A stretch of 63,733 bases of DNA, filler included, from Cercozoa sp. M6MM (GCA_040357565.1; 9 parts of 9 records of this genome joined end to end with filler, not necessarily neighbours in it); one strand, 5' to 3'. Counted from the whole stretch's first letter, positions 1-14,264 are shown. Program-made: numbers and translations. Notes: generated from the sequence alone by a model not told the origin.

Positions 1-4
1 AGGA

Positions 5-1639
<1,635 letters not shown>

Positions 1640-1825
1640 CTGCCTATGAAATTGTGTTAGACACGCTGTGGATACGCCAGACAGCACGATCGTGGAAAGC
1701 GACTGGTTTGACTGTCGGCTCGAGGTCCGACTCTGGCTCAGTGCTTCTGGTTGTTGGTTCGGCAGGTGCGTTTGTTGCATTATCGTACGCCTAATTGTGC
1801 TACTGCTGGAGGAAGGTGGTTACAG

Positions 1826-4361
1826 ATGGAGGAAGACCGGATCGGGGAATATCTGGACGATCAGAAAATCATCGAGCCGTGTTCCGAAGATTCTAGGAGC
1901 GTTCTCGCTTTCCTGAAGGACAAACTCGCCGTGTTGAGCCAAGACCCGAAGAACGAGACGGCGAACGCCGAGATTCATTCGAAATTATGGGAGCTGCTCT
2001 TGTTTCCGGAGTTGTTTCTGGAGGTGTTTCCGCAGGTTCACATGTTTGGACGACAGCGGTCACTGTATTGATACCTTCGATGCATGGATTTTGTTTACAG
2101 GTGGCACTGAAGGCAGCGTTTTGTACAGGAACAGCGCAGAGCTGCACCAGCTGGGCGGCTGCTCGAACCGCGAGAATGAGACACTCGTGCAGAGCATCAT
2201 TCGGCACAAGGACGTGGAGAGAGCTAACAACTGGGCCGACTCGTGTTTCTACCTGATCCACAATGACCCGAGAACTTTGTGCGTTTCTCTATGTGTCCAA
2301 TTGATATCCGCGCGGAAGTTTGTGTGGCGTGAACTTTAGACCACTCGCAGTAGCGTCGAAAGACGAGAGACTGCTGACGGCGCTGCTTCCGAGCCGTCGA
2401 AACCTCTTGGTACAGTTTGTATGGCTGCTTTACTTACCCCTCTATCATTCCCGGACCCGTTGTCTCTCTAGGTCAGGAGTGAAGAGAAGTTGCCCGGGAT
2501 TTTCGAAGCGTTGTTCGAGTTGCACTTTTCTGGCACCTGGCACAATGTCAACACATTGAATCTGGTACAGCACTCGTGTGTACCCTCATGTTTTCCTGCT
2601 GTTTTGAGGCTACATACCTCTGACCAGTAGGCTTTGGAGAGTATGATTGAAGTTCCAACACATCTTGGGACAGAATCGCCGCCGAACTCGCTATTTTTGG
2701 CTACTGTTGCACTGCGGATTCCCATGTACCTGTAGCATGTTCCTTCCTTTCATCCTTTCCTTCATTACTTTTCTTCCTTTCCTTCATTGCTTTTCTTCCT
2801 TTCCTTCATTCCTTTTCTTCCTTTCCTTTTCTTTCCTTTCTTCCTTTTCTTCCTTTCCTTTTCTTTCCTTTCTTCCTTTCCTTTCCTTTCCTTTCTTCCT
2901 TTCCTTTATTCCTTCCGTTTCTTCCTTTTCTTTCTTCCTTTCCTCTTCCTTTACTTCTTTATCTCCCTTCCTTTCTTTCCTTCTTTGCCTTCCTTCCTTT
3001 GCTTCTTTTCTTCCATCCTTTATATCCTTCTTGTTATTTAGGATCAAGTATGTGAGGGACGAGGACCCTGTGCGGAGTGCCAAACTACTCGTGAAAATGA
3101 CTCGCTCCTTTGTTCATGTACTTGTTGACTTTCCTCCTCTTTATTTCCTTTGACTGTGCTGTGTTATTGTCAGCCATTGTGGGTGTTCAATTCGCTGTGT
3201 GTCTGCGCGATTCACAATCGCGGCACGCCGAAGCAACAGCCGCTTTTGGCTTTCATCGAAGCGTTTGCTGACGTGTGTTTTTACTCTGTACACCCCCCCC
3301 CCCCCCTGTACCCTTTGCTCCTTGCAGTGCGACGAACTACGCGAGCTGTTCAGAGACCAGCGGCAGATCTACGGCATCACACCGCTGCATGAAGCCGCCA
3401 GAGAAGGCGACTCTGATATGATTCGATTCCTTTGCGAGCACATCTTGGACGCCAATATTGGTCTTAATCGGGTACAGCTTGGACACACAAGATAAGTCAA
3501 GGCAGAGTTACCTCGTGTATGTGAGTACACAGGGCCAGACGCCACTCGAGTCGTTGATAGGCGTGGCTGACGAAATGCGGCGCAACTTGGACGAATCTGC
3601 CGACACGCTGGAGCGACTTGACGCCGAGCCCTGTCAGTCCTCTTCGCGTTCAATACCCTTCTTAATCCCATGCCTTATGCGTGTTTCCCACAGGGTACTC
3701 CAGGATAAGAAAACGCGCAGAACGAGCACGTGTTCAACGCTTGCAAGACAGTATTGAAACCTCTCCACTTTCTTATCAGAAACATGTGCACTCATAAAAG
3801 TTTGTGTGTTTTAGTGATGGAAAGTCAGTACGAAACGAAGAAGGGAAAGTTAATGTCGGCTGCGCGAATTCTCCTGGATTTTGGTACTTGCTTTTTTCCA
3901 AATGGGCATTTGGGAAAGAATAAGCTCGGCGAATGCATCTGCGCAGGAGCCAAAGTGCGGTTGTTCGGCGAGTGGAACCACCTGCTGCGCGAAATGATGC
4001 ATCACGAAATCGCGGCTGTGGCTGAGGTATCGATAGCCTTTGGTCTTTTGGGTTGTCCATTCACTCCAACTATGGCGTGTTTTTCTGCGAACAGGCTGTG
4101 CTGGAGTACCGAAGTGGGCAGCCAGAGCTGTGCGCTGAAGTAGCAGGGCTTATCATGAACTATGCGCTGTGTTGTCCGGTGCCCTATGATTCAGTCAGTA
4201 TCGATATGGTTTCTGACACCTGACACCAGTCGTTTTGGATTCTGTAGGAACTCGGGGTCAACGAACGGTCCGTTGCGCGGCAAGTGCACGAGGTTTTGCA
4301 GCTCGACTGTGACGCAGCTTCCAGTACGTGTAGCGCCAGCGCGAGTCTAGGCGAGAGTTGA
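1826..4361 (+). CDS. Ankyrin-repeat protein, multi-exon
   Basis: Ankyrin motifs YGITPLHEAAREGDSDMIRFLCE and GQTPLES. Exon chain runs from MEEDRIGEY to ..ASLGES*; internal exon boundaries approximate. Confidence 0.6.
2741..3030. repeat. Polypyrimidine (TTCC/TTTC) low-complexity tract inside an intron of the ankyrin gene
   Basis: Seen directly; it explains the spurious F/S/L- and K/E/R-rich ORFs here. Confidence 0.9.
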
Positions 4362-4719
4362 CGATCGTAGCGCGGTCTCGGCTCGACTGATCCGTCCATA
4401 AGCACGCGAGAATGGGCACCGAACTGGTGGACAATCCACCTGGGCACTCTGCGTGTGACTTTTCATGAGCACGTGCTGCGCCCTTGCAATTCGATTCACG
4501 ATGTACTAATAGATTTTAATCGAATTTTAGTAGGAGCGGTGCGCGGCGGTGAGTTTCGGAGTTTAAAAAAATGCGGAGGCGGAAAAAAGTTCGCCGCGTG
4601 CCACATTACGTTACTAGCACTCAAGAGAGAGCGCGCGCGCGCGAGAGTCCAATTAGTACACGACGCAACTTGCAGTCTGTTGTGCAAAAGCGTGTACGTG
4701 TGACGGTCGCAAGTCGGGT

Positions 4720-6555
4720 ATGATGATCCTGGGGCGACTCTTTTCACGTGCGAGATCGCTCGCGTGTCACGGAACGCAAGCGAGATCGAGTGCGAGAGTG
4801 TATAGTCCGTCTAGATCTAAATGTAAAACGTCTCGGATTGTCAGAACTCTGTGTTATGACTACAGCAAGGAGCTGACTAAGCGATTCGGTAAAAGGATTG
4901 TCGTTCAGTTGCCCCTTCAGTTCACTCACCCAGTTTAGTTTAGAAGAAGATGAGCGCACATTGGGCGACTTCATTGAGACTGCTCTCTCGCCAGAGCAGC
5001 AGATGCGCGAAAATCGGCGTCTTCGTCGAAGACAAAAGCGGCAGGAGATGCCAAAGCCAGCATGGCTCAAAGCCTCTCTGCCTAGCACGGGGGTAAAGTC
5101 TTGACACCCTGGCCACTTAGAGCTGAAACATTGTGAACATATTTATCGCTGTGCTTTCTGAGTGCAGCGAGACAGCAAGTTCATGCAGATGAAAAGCACG
5201 GTGAAGTCACTCGGACTCGCAACAGTGTGTGAGAGTGCGCGCTGTCCAAACATTGGCGATTGCTGGGGCGGTGCAGATGACAGCACAGCCACAGCAACAA
5301 TCATGCTGATGGGCGACCACTGTACTCGCGCCTGCCGCTTCTGCGCAGTCAAGACGTCGGCGAGACCGCTGCCTTTGGACCCACAGGAACCAGTACCTTT
5401 AAAGCTAAATTCGTGTAAATTTACTCATGCCAAACTAATTAAAAAAAAAACTGGCGTGTTTGCAACAGCAAAAGGTGGCGGATACAATCAAGAAGTGGAA
5501 CTTAGTAAGTACCCGACTGTACCCTACCATGTGATTTAAAACTTACTTGTTGACGTTGTTTCTGCCCAGGACTACGTTGTACTAACGTCGGTAGATCGCG
5601 ACGATATCGAGGACGGTGGTGCCGCACACATTGCGGTACCTATCAGTTTAATATAACTCTTTGATATAGGTCTTACCTGGTGAATCTAAACTTATAATTT
5701 AGAAAACCGTGCGTCGCCTAAAAGAGTCGTCAATCTTGGTGGAGGTCCTAACGCCCGACTTCTCGGGGAGCACCGAGGCCATTCGACGCGTCGTTGACTC
5801 AGGTAAACTTAAGCTCGACCAACTGTTTCACTAAACATACTTCAGCCACGCATACGTTTACCTGGGACAGGACTGGATGTGTTCGCACACAACATTGAAA
5901 CCGTCGAACGTCTGTCTCCTTCCGTGCTATTGCTTTATGCTATCAATTTCGTTTGTGCTTTGACTGATGTCAGCTTTACAGGTACGCGACCGAAGAGCCA
6001 ACTATCGTCAGTCATTGCAAGTGCTGAAGACAGCCAAATCAATGTCATCCAAGTAGACTTAACTTTGCCTCCTACCGTCTACTTCTACCTCCCCTCCTAT
6101 ATGTAGGCTTTTGACAAAGTCGTCAATCATGCTCGGATGCGGCGAAAGCGACGATGAGGTGCGCCAGACGTTGCGCGACCTGCAGGAGCACCAAGTCGAC
6201 ATTGTTACTTTGGGTTCTCTCCCTCTAGTTTCTTTTACCAGACTCCAAAAATAGAAACACGGTCCTGTAAACTTATATGTGTAGGTCAATACATGCAACC
6301 GACAACACGTCACATGAAGATTCACGAATACGTGCATCCCGACAAGTTCAACACGTGGTACACGGAGGCAATGAACATGGGTAAACTTAGTGTCAGTTCA
6401 TTTTCATTGATTTCTTTCGAGTCAGTTTGTGATGATACAAACTAATCCTTGTGCTGGCAGGCTTCATGTACTGTGCCAGCGGTCCTCTCGTTCGCAGCAG
6501 CTACCGCGCTGGTGAACTCTTTGTCAAGCACAAACTACGCGACGTCAACAACTGA
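4720..6555 (+). CDS. LIAS: Mitochondrial lipoyl synthase (radical SAM), about 10 introns
   Basis: [81 protein letters not shown]; all joined by GT-AG introns. Confidence 0.95.
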
Positions 6556-7046
6556 AATTAGCGACTAGAACCCAGAGTCTTTTCAGTCACTCGCTCCCGC
6601 TGTTTGAAGTCAGTCGCGTCCTGATAACTACTGCGACTGAAATTAACCTACTGTGCGTACTAAAACGACCTGCCTCAGAAGCACTAAATGCCCGGAAATC
6701 CGAAAACTGCACACTCAACTTGCCCCCCCCCCCCCCATCCCCTCATTCACCCCTTTTCTCCCTCGCACCCTGCTAAGGCGGACCGAAAATTTGCATGCGC
6801 GATAGTTCGCCACGTTGTTGTTGGTCTACTACAGTACGGAAGCATCCGTCAAGACGTAGCAGGCTCCGCCGAGCCTTGGGCGAAGGTATGTTGACCGTTT
6901 GATTCGCACCGCAAGTAAAATAACTAAACTAGTTCGACTGAACCCTGATATGTCCCGGTTTTAGTCGAGGACCGAAACGCAACTACAAACAAAACCCGAA
7001 CTGCCTGAATTGAACTAAAATAGGCGAGGCTGTTGCAAGTTAAGTT

Positions 7047-7517
7047 CTAGTGCACGAGCGAGCTGAGCGGCGCAATGTGCAGCAGCGTGCCGGTGGTGTC
7101 ACTGGGCACGCCGTCCACCTGGTCCTCGAGACCATCGGCCACGACGGCCTGGAGCACCTCGTCCGTGCTCTTCCACCTGTCAGTTCAGTTAGGCCCAGAC
7201 GTAGATAAATATACCGTCACACCAGCTCAGTCAACTCAACTAAGTAGAAGCATACTGACCTGAAATTTATTTACAAGCAGACTTACGGGCAGGTCTTGAT
7301 GTTGCGCGAGCACATCTCAGACAACTTGACGGCCACGGCACCTGCCACGGGGGGGGGGGGGGGGNNNNNNNNNNNNNNNNNNNNNNNNNNNNNNNNNNNN
7401 NNNNNNNNNNNNNNNNNNNNNNNNNNNNNNNNNNNNNNNNNNNNNNNNNNNNNNNNNNNNNNNNCCCCGGATAGATTGAACTCAGCAAGATAAGTTTAGT
7501 TTGTCCGTTGTGTGTCC

Positions 7518-7575
<58 letters not shown>

Positions 7576-9329
7576 GCGTGTGTGTGTACCAGCAACATGC
7601 GGCGATGCCATTGAGGTGCCCGAGAGGACTGAGGTGCCCTGTGGAATGGCGTCCGGGTCGCGGTACGGCTGGTGCGACGGCGCCTTGATGTTCTGGCCCT
7701 GTGGGACGGTACACCAAGAATAATAGTACCAAGACAGTATGTGTGTTCATATACACCAAGGGGACACGGGGGAAAGAGTGAATTTACAGGTGCAATGATG
7801 TCGACACAAGGACCACGTTCCGAGAAGGAGGCCAGACGATCGCCGCGGTCACTGGCACCCTGTCGTGACAGTAGCAGAGAGACACACAGGTAGAGAACCC
7901 AGAGTACAGTACAATACAATACTAGCACAGCAGGTATGCGCGTGTGTGTGTTTACCACAGTGAACGCTGTGGGCGCACCGGCAGGCGACAGGTTGCATGC
8001 GTTGCCGCGCGAGTTGCCGGCAGCAACGACGTTGACAACGCCGGCAGCAGAGGAAGCGTCTACTGCCTCTTCCTGTGGGGGGGGGGCGAAGGCGGCAAGG
8101 TAAATTTAACATAGATTGGCTGGGATAGGATTAGCTCACCAAGGCACGGTGCTTGCCGCCGCCGAGACTCATGTTGATCACCGAGAAGGCCTTGCCGCTC
8201 TTCTCGTGCTGCCGCGTCGAGTAGTCGACGGCGTCAATGATGGCAGAGAAGGCACCAGCGCCCCAGCACGACAGTGCCTTGACTCCCACCAGCGTGGCCT
8301 TCTTGGCGATGCCGTAGCGTGCTCCGCCCACTGTGCCTGCCACGTGGGTTCCGTGCCCGTTGCAATCCTGCCCCGCAAGGCACACTCACACAGTACCCCC
8401 CCCCCGTGTGGGTCCAGGGAGTGGAGTAACTTACTGTCTCTGGCCACGACGTTGTCGGCGGGAAGGCAGCACCGAAGCGAGAACGACCCTCAAAGTCAAT
8501 GTGCTTGGTCTGCCCAAACCACCGATTTACTAACTCGAGCCTGCAAATATAAATACTACATCGAGAGCATTGGATACGTTGATGCCCGTGTCAATCACGT
8601 AGACATCGACGTTCTCACCGCCGGCGTCAGAATAGTGGTACTGCCGGGGACACACATTGTGTTGTCAACACCTTACCGTAAATTTTACACATTGAGTTGT
8701 ATCGTTGGTTTTTACCTTCTGGTCCAACTGTGTCATTGGCTGGTCCGAACGGTCCAGTCTGCAAGCAAGACACACAACTCATATGAGTAAAACGTTTGGC
8801 ATCTGTTGTCGTAAAGAGCCAGAGAAAGAAAAAGAACCCCCAGCTGCATTCGTTGCCACACGATTGTACGCCGAGGGCACGCACCACGGCGTCCTTCTCT
8901 ATGTACTTGACAAAGGGCAAGTGCTGCACTTGTGCCAGCATGTCGTTGGACAGAGCAGCACTAAAGCCTCTGAACTGCCCGCCGTTGATGTCGTACATGT
9001 GCGTCGGTTCAACGCCCATGTCACGCAGCGCACTGATCCAGCCAAAATTTCTTCATACACCGAACAGCATCCTCATTCAAAGTGATCGATCGGACTTACG
9101 ACTGCAAGGCGTGGCGAGAGCGCGGTCCTTCCTGATGCTTCAGGACGACAATGTACTCGCCCTGAACAACGTCGCTTTGCTCCACGAAGCTCTCCTACGA
9201 GTTAAATCAGCTTCTTACCACCCCAACAAACACAGGTCCACACCTAAATTACTCTAGTGTTGTATGTGGTACCAACGGAGCAACGTGTGCTGCAGCACTG
9301 GCAACCAAAGCCGACAACAACAAGCGCAT
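7047..9329 (-). CDS. Secreted subtilisin-like S8 protease (proteinase K type) with I9 propeptide; spans a 100-N gap
   Basis: Signal-like [14 protein letters not shown], propeptide [16 protein letters not shown], catalytic motifs [32 protein letters not shown]. Confidence 0.92.
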
Positions 9330-9704
9330 AGTTCCGTTATGTGAGTAGTGTAAGAACTGGTAACAACACGAGCTAACGAGCACAGGTGCGTCGCAGTTTC
9401 TCTCTCAATTTTGATGCGGTAATCTGCACGTTGCACAGGCGTGCAGCAGACTGCGCATCTTTTTGCCTGGCGGGCAGAACAAAAACTTCAAATGAGTTGT
9501 TGTTTCTCGATCAAAATGTGCGTCTTATATCCACTTTAGAGTACCGCAAAGCTAACGCTTATTCTCATGTACTTACTTGCTTCCGAAAATGTGCCTGTTG
9601 AGCGCCACTAGCTGTAGGGCAAAAACTTTCGGAGCGCCGGAAACAGCAAAATTCAAGACGACGCGCGGACTCGACACCCCCTTTTTTGGATCTTTCAACC
9701 GACA

Positions 9705-10991
9705 ATGGCTGGGTGAGTCTCGTCATTGCAGCGTGCTGAGTTCCAATCGGCTTCGTGTCGATTTTTCGTGGGTAGCCCGAAAATTTTGCGCTCCGAATGA
9801 GTATCGTGCTCAGTTCGGTCCCGCAGTGCTGGGAGTGAAGCGGCGGTGCTTGCGCACTGCGTGGCAGCCGCGTGCGACGTGTGTGCCGCCAGTGCAGAAC
9901 TTTTTTTGTTTTGTGCCGGTGTGTTGCCACGCGTCGCGCCGGGCTTGCCTGCTTCTCTCCTGAAGAACCTCCGCAGACCTGTTGATTGGCAGCGCCGAAA
10001 GACAGTGTCGGCAAGCCCACGATCCCTGAGTCCTAGCTTGGCCAGGGGATGCTGTCGTGTGAAGCAAGCGTGTTGGCCATGCCTCCTCTCTTGGGAAGTG
10101 CGTGCCATGCCGCAAGCTTCTCCGATAAAAGAGTAGCGGGAAACCACGGCCTTGTTGTGCCCTCGTGTGTGGTTATCCTTGGTGACTCCCTGATATGCTT
10201 GTGTGTTTTGTGATTGATGCAGCACCACCCCGGAGACGGCTCTCAAGCAGCGCAAGACGCTCGAGCAGATCAAGGCTCAGCGCGATGCCCGCATCGCTGC
10301 CGGTACCGCCTGTCTCGCTGTGTGTGTGTGCTGTTATAATTACCCTACGTCCCCTGCAGGCAAGAAGAAGCGCACGGCCCTGCGCAAGGTTGCCTTCAAG
10401 CGTGCCGAGCAGTACGTGAAGGAGTACCGCACGCAGGAGCGCTCGCTGGTGCGTCAGCGTCGCCAGGCCCGCAAGTTCGGCAACTTCTTTGTCGAGCCGG
10501 AGGCCAAGGTGGCCGTGGTGATCCGCATCCGCGGTATCAACCGCATGCACCCCAAGACGCGCACTGTGCTGCGTCTGCTGCGTCTGCGTCAGATCCACAA
10601 CGCCGTGTTCGTCAAGCTCAACAAGGCCACGATGAACATGCTCAAGCTCGTCGAGCCCTACGTGGCCTACGGCTACCCGAACCTCAAGACGGTCAAGGAG
10701 CTCGTCTACAAGCGCGGTTTCGCCAAGGTCAACAAGCAGCGCATCCCGCTCTCGAACAACCAGATCATCGAGGCCGCTCTCGGCAAGTTCGGCATCATCT
10801 GCGTTGAGGACCTCATCCACGAGCTGTACACGGTCGGCCCGCACTTCAAGGAGGCCAACAACTTCCTGTTCCCGTTCAAGCTGTCGTCGCCGAAGGGTGG
10901 CTTCGCCCAGAAGCGCCGTCACTTCCTCGAGGGTGGCGACTTCGGCAACCGCGAGGAGAAGATCAACGAGCTTGTCCGCAAGATGAACTAA
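9705..10991 (+). CDS. RPL7: 60S ribosomal protein L7 (uL30); exons 9705-9712, ~10223-10302, ~10360-10991
   Basis: ATG GCT GG|GTGAG splices to C ACC ACC CCG GAG ([11 protein letters not shown]); [51 protein letters not shown]. Confidence 0.97.
9961..10029 (+). ncRNA. Candidate box C/D snoRNA (SNORD25/snR56-like guide) in the long first intron of RPL7
   Basis: C-like box TGAAGA; guide CGCAGACCTGTT complementary (one G-U) to conserved 18S AACAGGUCUGUG; D'-like TTGA; terminal D box CTGA; 69 nt; the host intron is ~510 bp versus the usual <100 bp. Confidence 0.5.
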
Positions 10992-11122
10992 GTGTTCGCG
11001 TGCTTTCGACGCCCTTGTCTCCCGTTGCTTAATCGATCCAATTCTAAGCAAACTCTTCAAACTAGCCTCAGTGTAAATGTGGGACTTGCTGATCTGGGTG
11101 CTATCAGCGACACGTCAAGTCG

Positions 11123-11521
11123 GCGACTGAACTGAAGGAACTCGAAGATACTGTGCTCTAAGTGCGGCAATGTTACCGCAGCCTTACAGAAATTGAGGCC
11201 TTGGCAGTGCAAAAAAGTACAGGAAGAGTAGGCCCGGTAGTCAGAAAAAGGAAGGAAGGAGAAGTAGGGCCTCTGGAAAGGCAGAGGACGGGTAGATGCG
11301 GAGACAACTGGTCCCTGGAGAGATCAGATTACCTGGTCGAGAGAGAGAGAGAGCCCTTCTTTGGGTTCAGCTGCAAAAGCTTGCTCAACCACAGGTATTC
11401 CACAGTTTGGACTGAAGCTCTCAGTAGGTCAGGATACCAGCGAACACACGCCAACAACTTCCACACCTCTCTTGAGTTTTTTTGTAAGTCTTAAAATGGC
11501 TTCCGCGCGGATACAGTAGAT
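11123..11521 (+). repeat. Dispersed ~400-bp element, copy A (homologous to 39407-39849 in opposite orientation), ending in TCCGCGCGGA
   Basis: Shared collinear blocks GCGACTGAACTG, GGAGACAACTGGTCC(C)TGGAGAGATCAGATTACYTGGTCGAGAGAG, CTTCTTTGRGTTCAGYTGCAAAA, CTCTTGAG, GCTTCCGCGCGGATACAGTAGAT. Confidence 0.85.
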
Positions 11522-11571
11522 CATGCTGTAACAGCAAACTAACACAACGTTCAAGGCGCCTGACCAGCCGC

Positions 11572-11729
11572 TTACAACGGCAGCAGGAAGGCAATGTTCG
11601 CGGTCTCGCACATGAGCTTGAGCACGCGGCTACCGTCGTCGGCGCGCACCACAGGCCGTAGCACGTGCGTCGCTGTGCGCATTAGTCGGTAGGCACGCAG
11701 CAGGCGCTGCCAGAGCCACTGCGGGGAGG

Positions 11730-11784
<55 letters not shown>

Positions 11785-12144
11785 AGGTACAAGACACAGA
11801 GGCAGTGCAGAGTCAACATACCTGCTTGTCAGAGCCCTCGAATCGCGAGGCGGCGTCCTGTGAGTTCGGCAGCAGAAGTCGCTTGACGCCGTCGAATGCC
11901 ACCGAGAAGAAGTGCGTGCCAATCAGTGTGTGGTTCAGCGAGAGACTGCAGATAGTAGAGGTAACCTGGGACACGAGTGTACAAGCGAAACACAGTGTAC
12001 CCAGACAGTAAACGCATCGGTCCATGCGAGTAGTAGCCCTGCTTGGCGACGTAGCCAAAGAAGGCGCTGCACAGGTCAGGGTTCACCGAGAACACGCCGT
12101 ACAAAGCATCTACTCAGGACAAACAGAGGTGTTCAAATCCTTCC

Positions 12145-12183
<39 letters not shown>

Positions 12184-13882
12184 ACAGACACACAGACACA
12201 GACACAGACACACAGACACACAGACACACAGACAGGCAAGCAAGTACCGGCGAGAACGTTGAGTGTAGAGACACGCGGCACACGCGTGTTGTAGAAGGCG
12301 TCGCACGCCTTGTCGAGACAGCCGTGCTGGTGCCACAAGCCGCGCTGGTGCAGACTGCGCAGGCGGCGGCCCACGTTCTGCACATCGAGCAGCGCCACCG
12401 TCATGCCGGCGCCTGTCACCGGGTGCCGCATGTTCAAAATGTCGCCCAGCACGAGTGCGCCGTCTGTGTTCTTGCGCGGCGTGCCACTGCCAGACGTACG
12501 ATGTATATGGCCACACAGAGAAGACACAGTTAGTGTTACCACAGCATGATGTTGCGACAGGCTTGGATCGAGCTACCGTCCAGCACGGCGGCGACAAAGG
12601 CCTCTCGCACGGTGACAGGCATGGCCGGTGCCACCACTCCGAGCATGTACTTTTTCAACTTGTCGTTGCTGCCACACATAGGAAAATGTCTCTCTCCTAC
12701 ACCACCTAGACAGCATCAGTATGGAGTGAACGGTATACCCACTGCTGCCGAGATCGTAGGGCACCTCGACACCTTCCAGAACCTGCACACAGACAAAAGG
12801 TAACCCATCAAGGGTGTGTGCAAGAAGCATGTGGGTACCTTATCAAGCGACATGCCGGCGGGAATGTCGACCAGCACACGCATGTGACCCTTGCCGTTGT
12901 TCTCGCTGCTGCTGGCGATCGGGTAGTACAGCACCTGTCGTATCACATGTGTATACATCCATATACAAGCTGCCAGTACAGGAGAGAGTACAGGAGCAGG
13001 CTGCATTAGCACAACGTGAGCCCTGGCGTCCTCGGGAACGTCGACCTAGGTGCAACACAGGTAGCCAGGTGGGAGGGGACAGGGTCAAGTGAAAGGCAAA
13101 GTGTACCTCGAGCTGCACGCCAACGAAGCGACCGCGCACACTGGCGGTGCCGTTAACGAGCTCGCTGCGGAACTTGCTGGCACTGCCGTTGGCCACCACA
13201 GTGAGCGGCGCTGTCACGCGCTGCACCGTGCTGTCGCCGTCGCTCTGCGTCGTGTAATCCACGCCTGTGATACGTCCTGTCCAACCGACACATACCATAC
13301 ACATTAAACACAGAAAAACAATCTCTTGAAGTGTCTCAAGCTGTACCATTGTCGGCACGGACCAAGGAGCGAACCGTGGCCTGCACGAGTTGCACACTCG
13401 GGTGGCTACACATAGACACAAGCATGAGTACTGTCAATAGGTATCTCACAACAGGCAGTGTACCTCGTGCAGATCTCACGCATGCGTCGCACGAGTCGGT
13501 GGTGGTGCATGCCGACTGCCCTAGCACGGACGTCGCTGCCGTCGTCCCGGGCAGGGTACCAGTCGCCCGAGTTCACGTGCGGGTAGTCCAGCAGCATCGA
13601 CTGCTCACCTGCGACATCTCTCTCATCAGTAGGTCTATAAAGCACCCCCAGCCACCCTCAGTACAGTAGCTAACGTACCGAAATGGACCTCGTATCCCGA
13701 GGTCCTCTGAGCGTTGATGTCGTCAAAGCAGGCGCCCATACCAATCTCCTCCAAGACACGCACACCGGCCGGCTGCATGAGCTCGCCAATGATGGTGTTC
13801 TCGTCGCCCGTGTTGCGCTCCAGCAGCTGCACAAGCGGTCCAGCAATTCAGAAAAGAGGAACAGAGACATACAAAGAAACAA

Positions 13883-13914
<32 letters not shown>

Positions 13915-14264
13915 CGAGAGAGAGGATACAATCACTTTAAGACCTGCCTCGCCCAGGACATGAGCGAGTGCCGTGCCAACGACACCGGCACCCACAATCA
14001 CGAGATCGGCATCGTATTCAGTATCCTTCGGCACTGCCGTCGGTCGGTGGAAGCGTCCGCGCGGATACGAGCGCTTCGATGACAGCAGCTTTGCGAGCGA
14101 AATCGTTGACAATCTGCACCACATGACAATGACCTCCAGGCTGACCTCCAGTGCGAAAGCGGGTACGCAAAACAATACCCTGCTGCAGCGAGAAGTGACA
14201 GAGCACGCGGCGACAACCCCGTCCGCGCGGACGCCTGCGACAGCAACGCCTGTGCGTGCTGCAT
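11572..14264 (-). CDS. SQLE: Squalene epoxidase (squalene monooxygenase), multi-exon
   Basis: DLVIVGAGVVG, IIGELMQPAGV, APLTVVANGSASKFR, YYPIASS..MRVLVDIP, LGDILNMRHPVTGAGMTVALLD, HFFSVA; exon 1 MQHAQALL..AAG splices in phase. Confidence 0.93.

Noticed and set aside
2647-3153. F/S/L-rich and K/E/R-rich ORFs, plus the many HT/CV/YI-repeat ORFs elsewhere
   Set aside because: Translations of intronic microsatellites
4720-6555. Introns restricted to phase 0
   Set aside because: The first LIAS introns are phase 0 but later ones are phase 1 and 2
10173-11060. 295-aa antisense ORF over RPL7 (also antisense ORFs over PPAN and the RS gene)
   Set aside because: Shadow ORFs caused by strong GC3 codon bias of the sense gene
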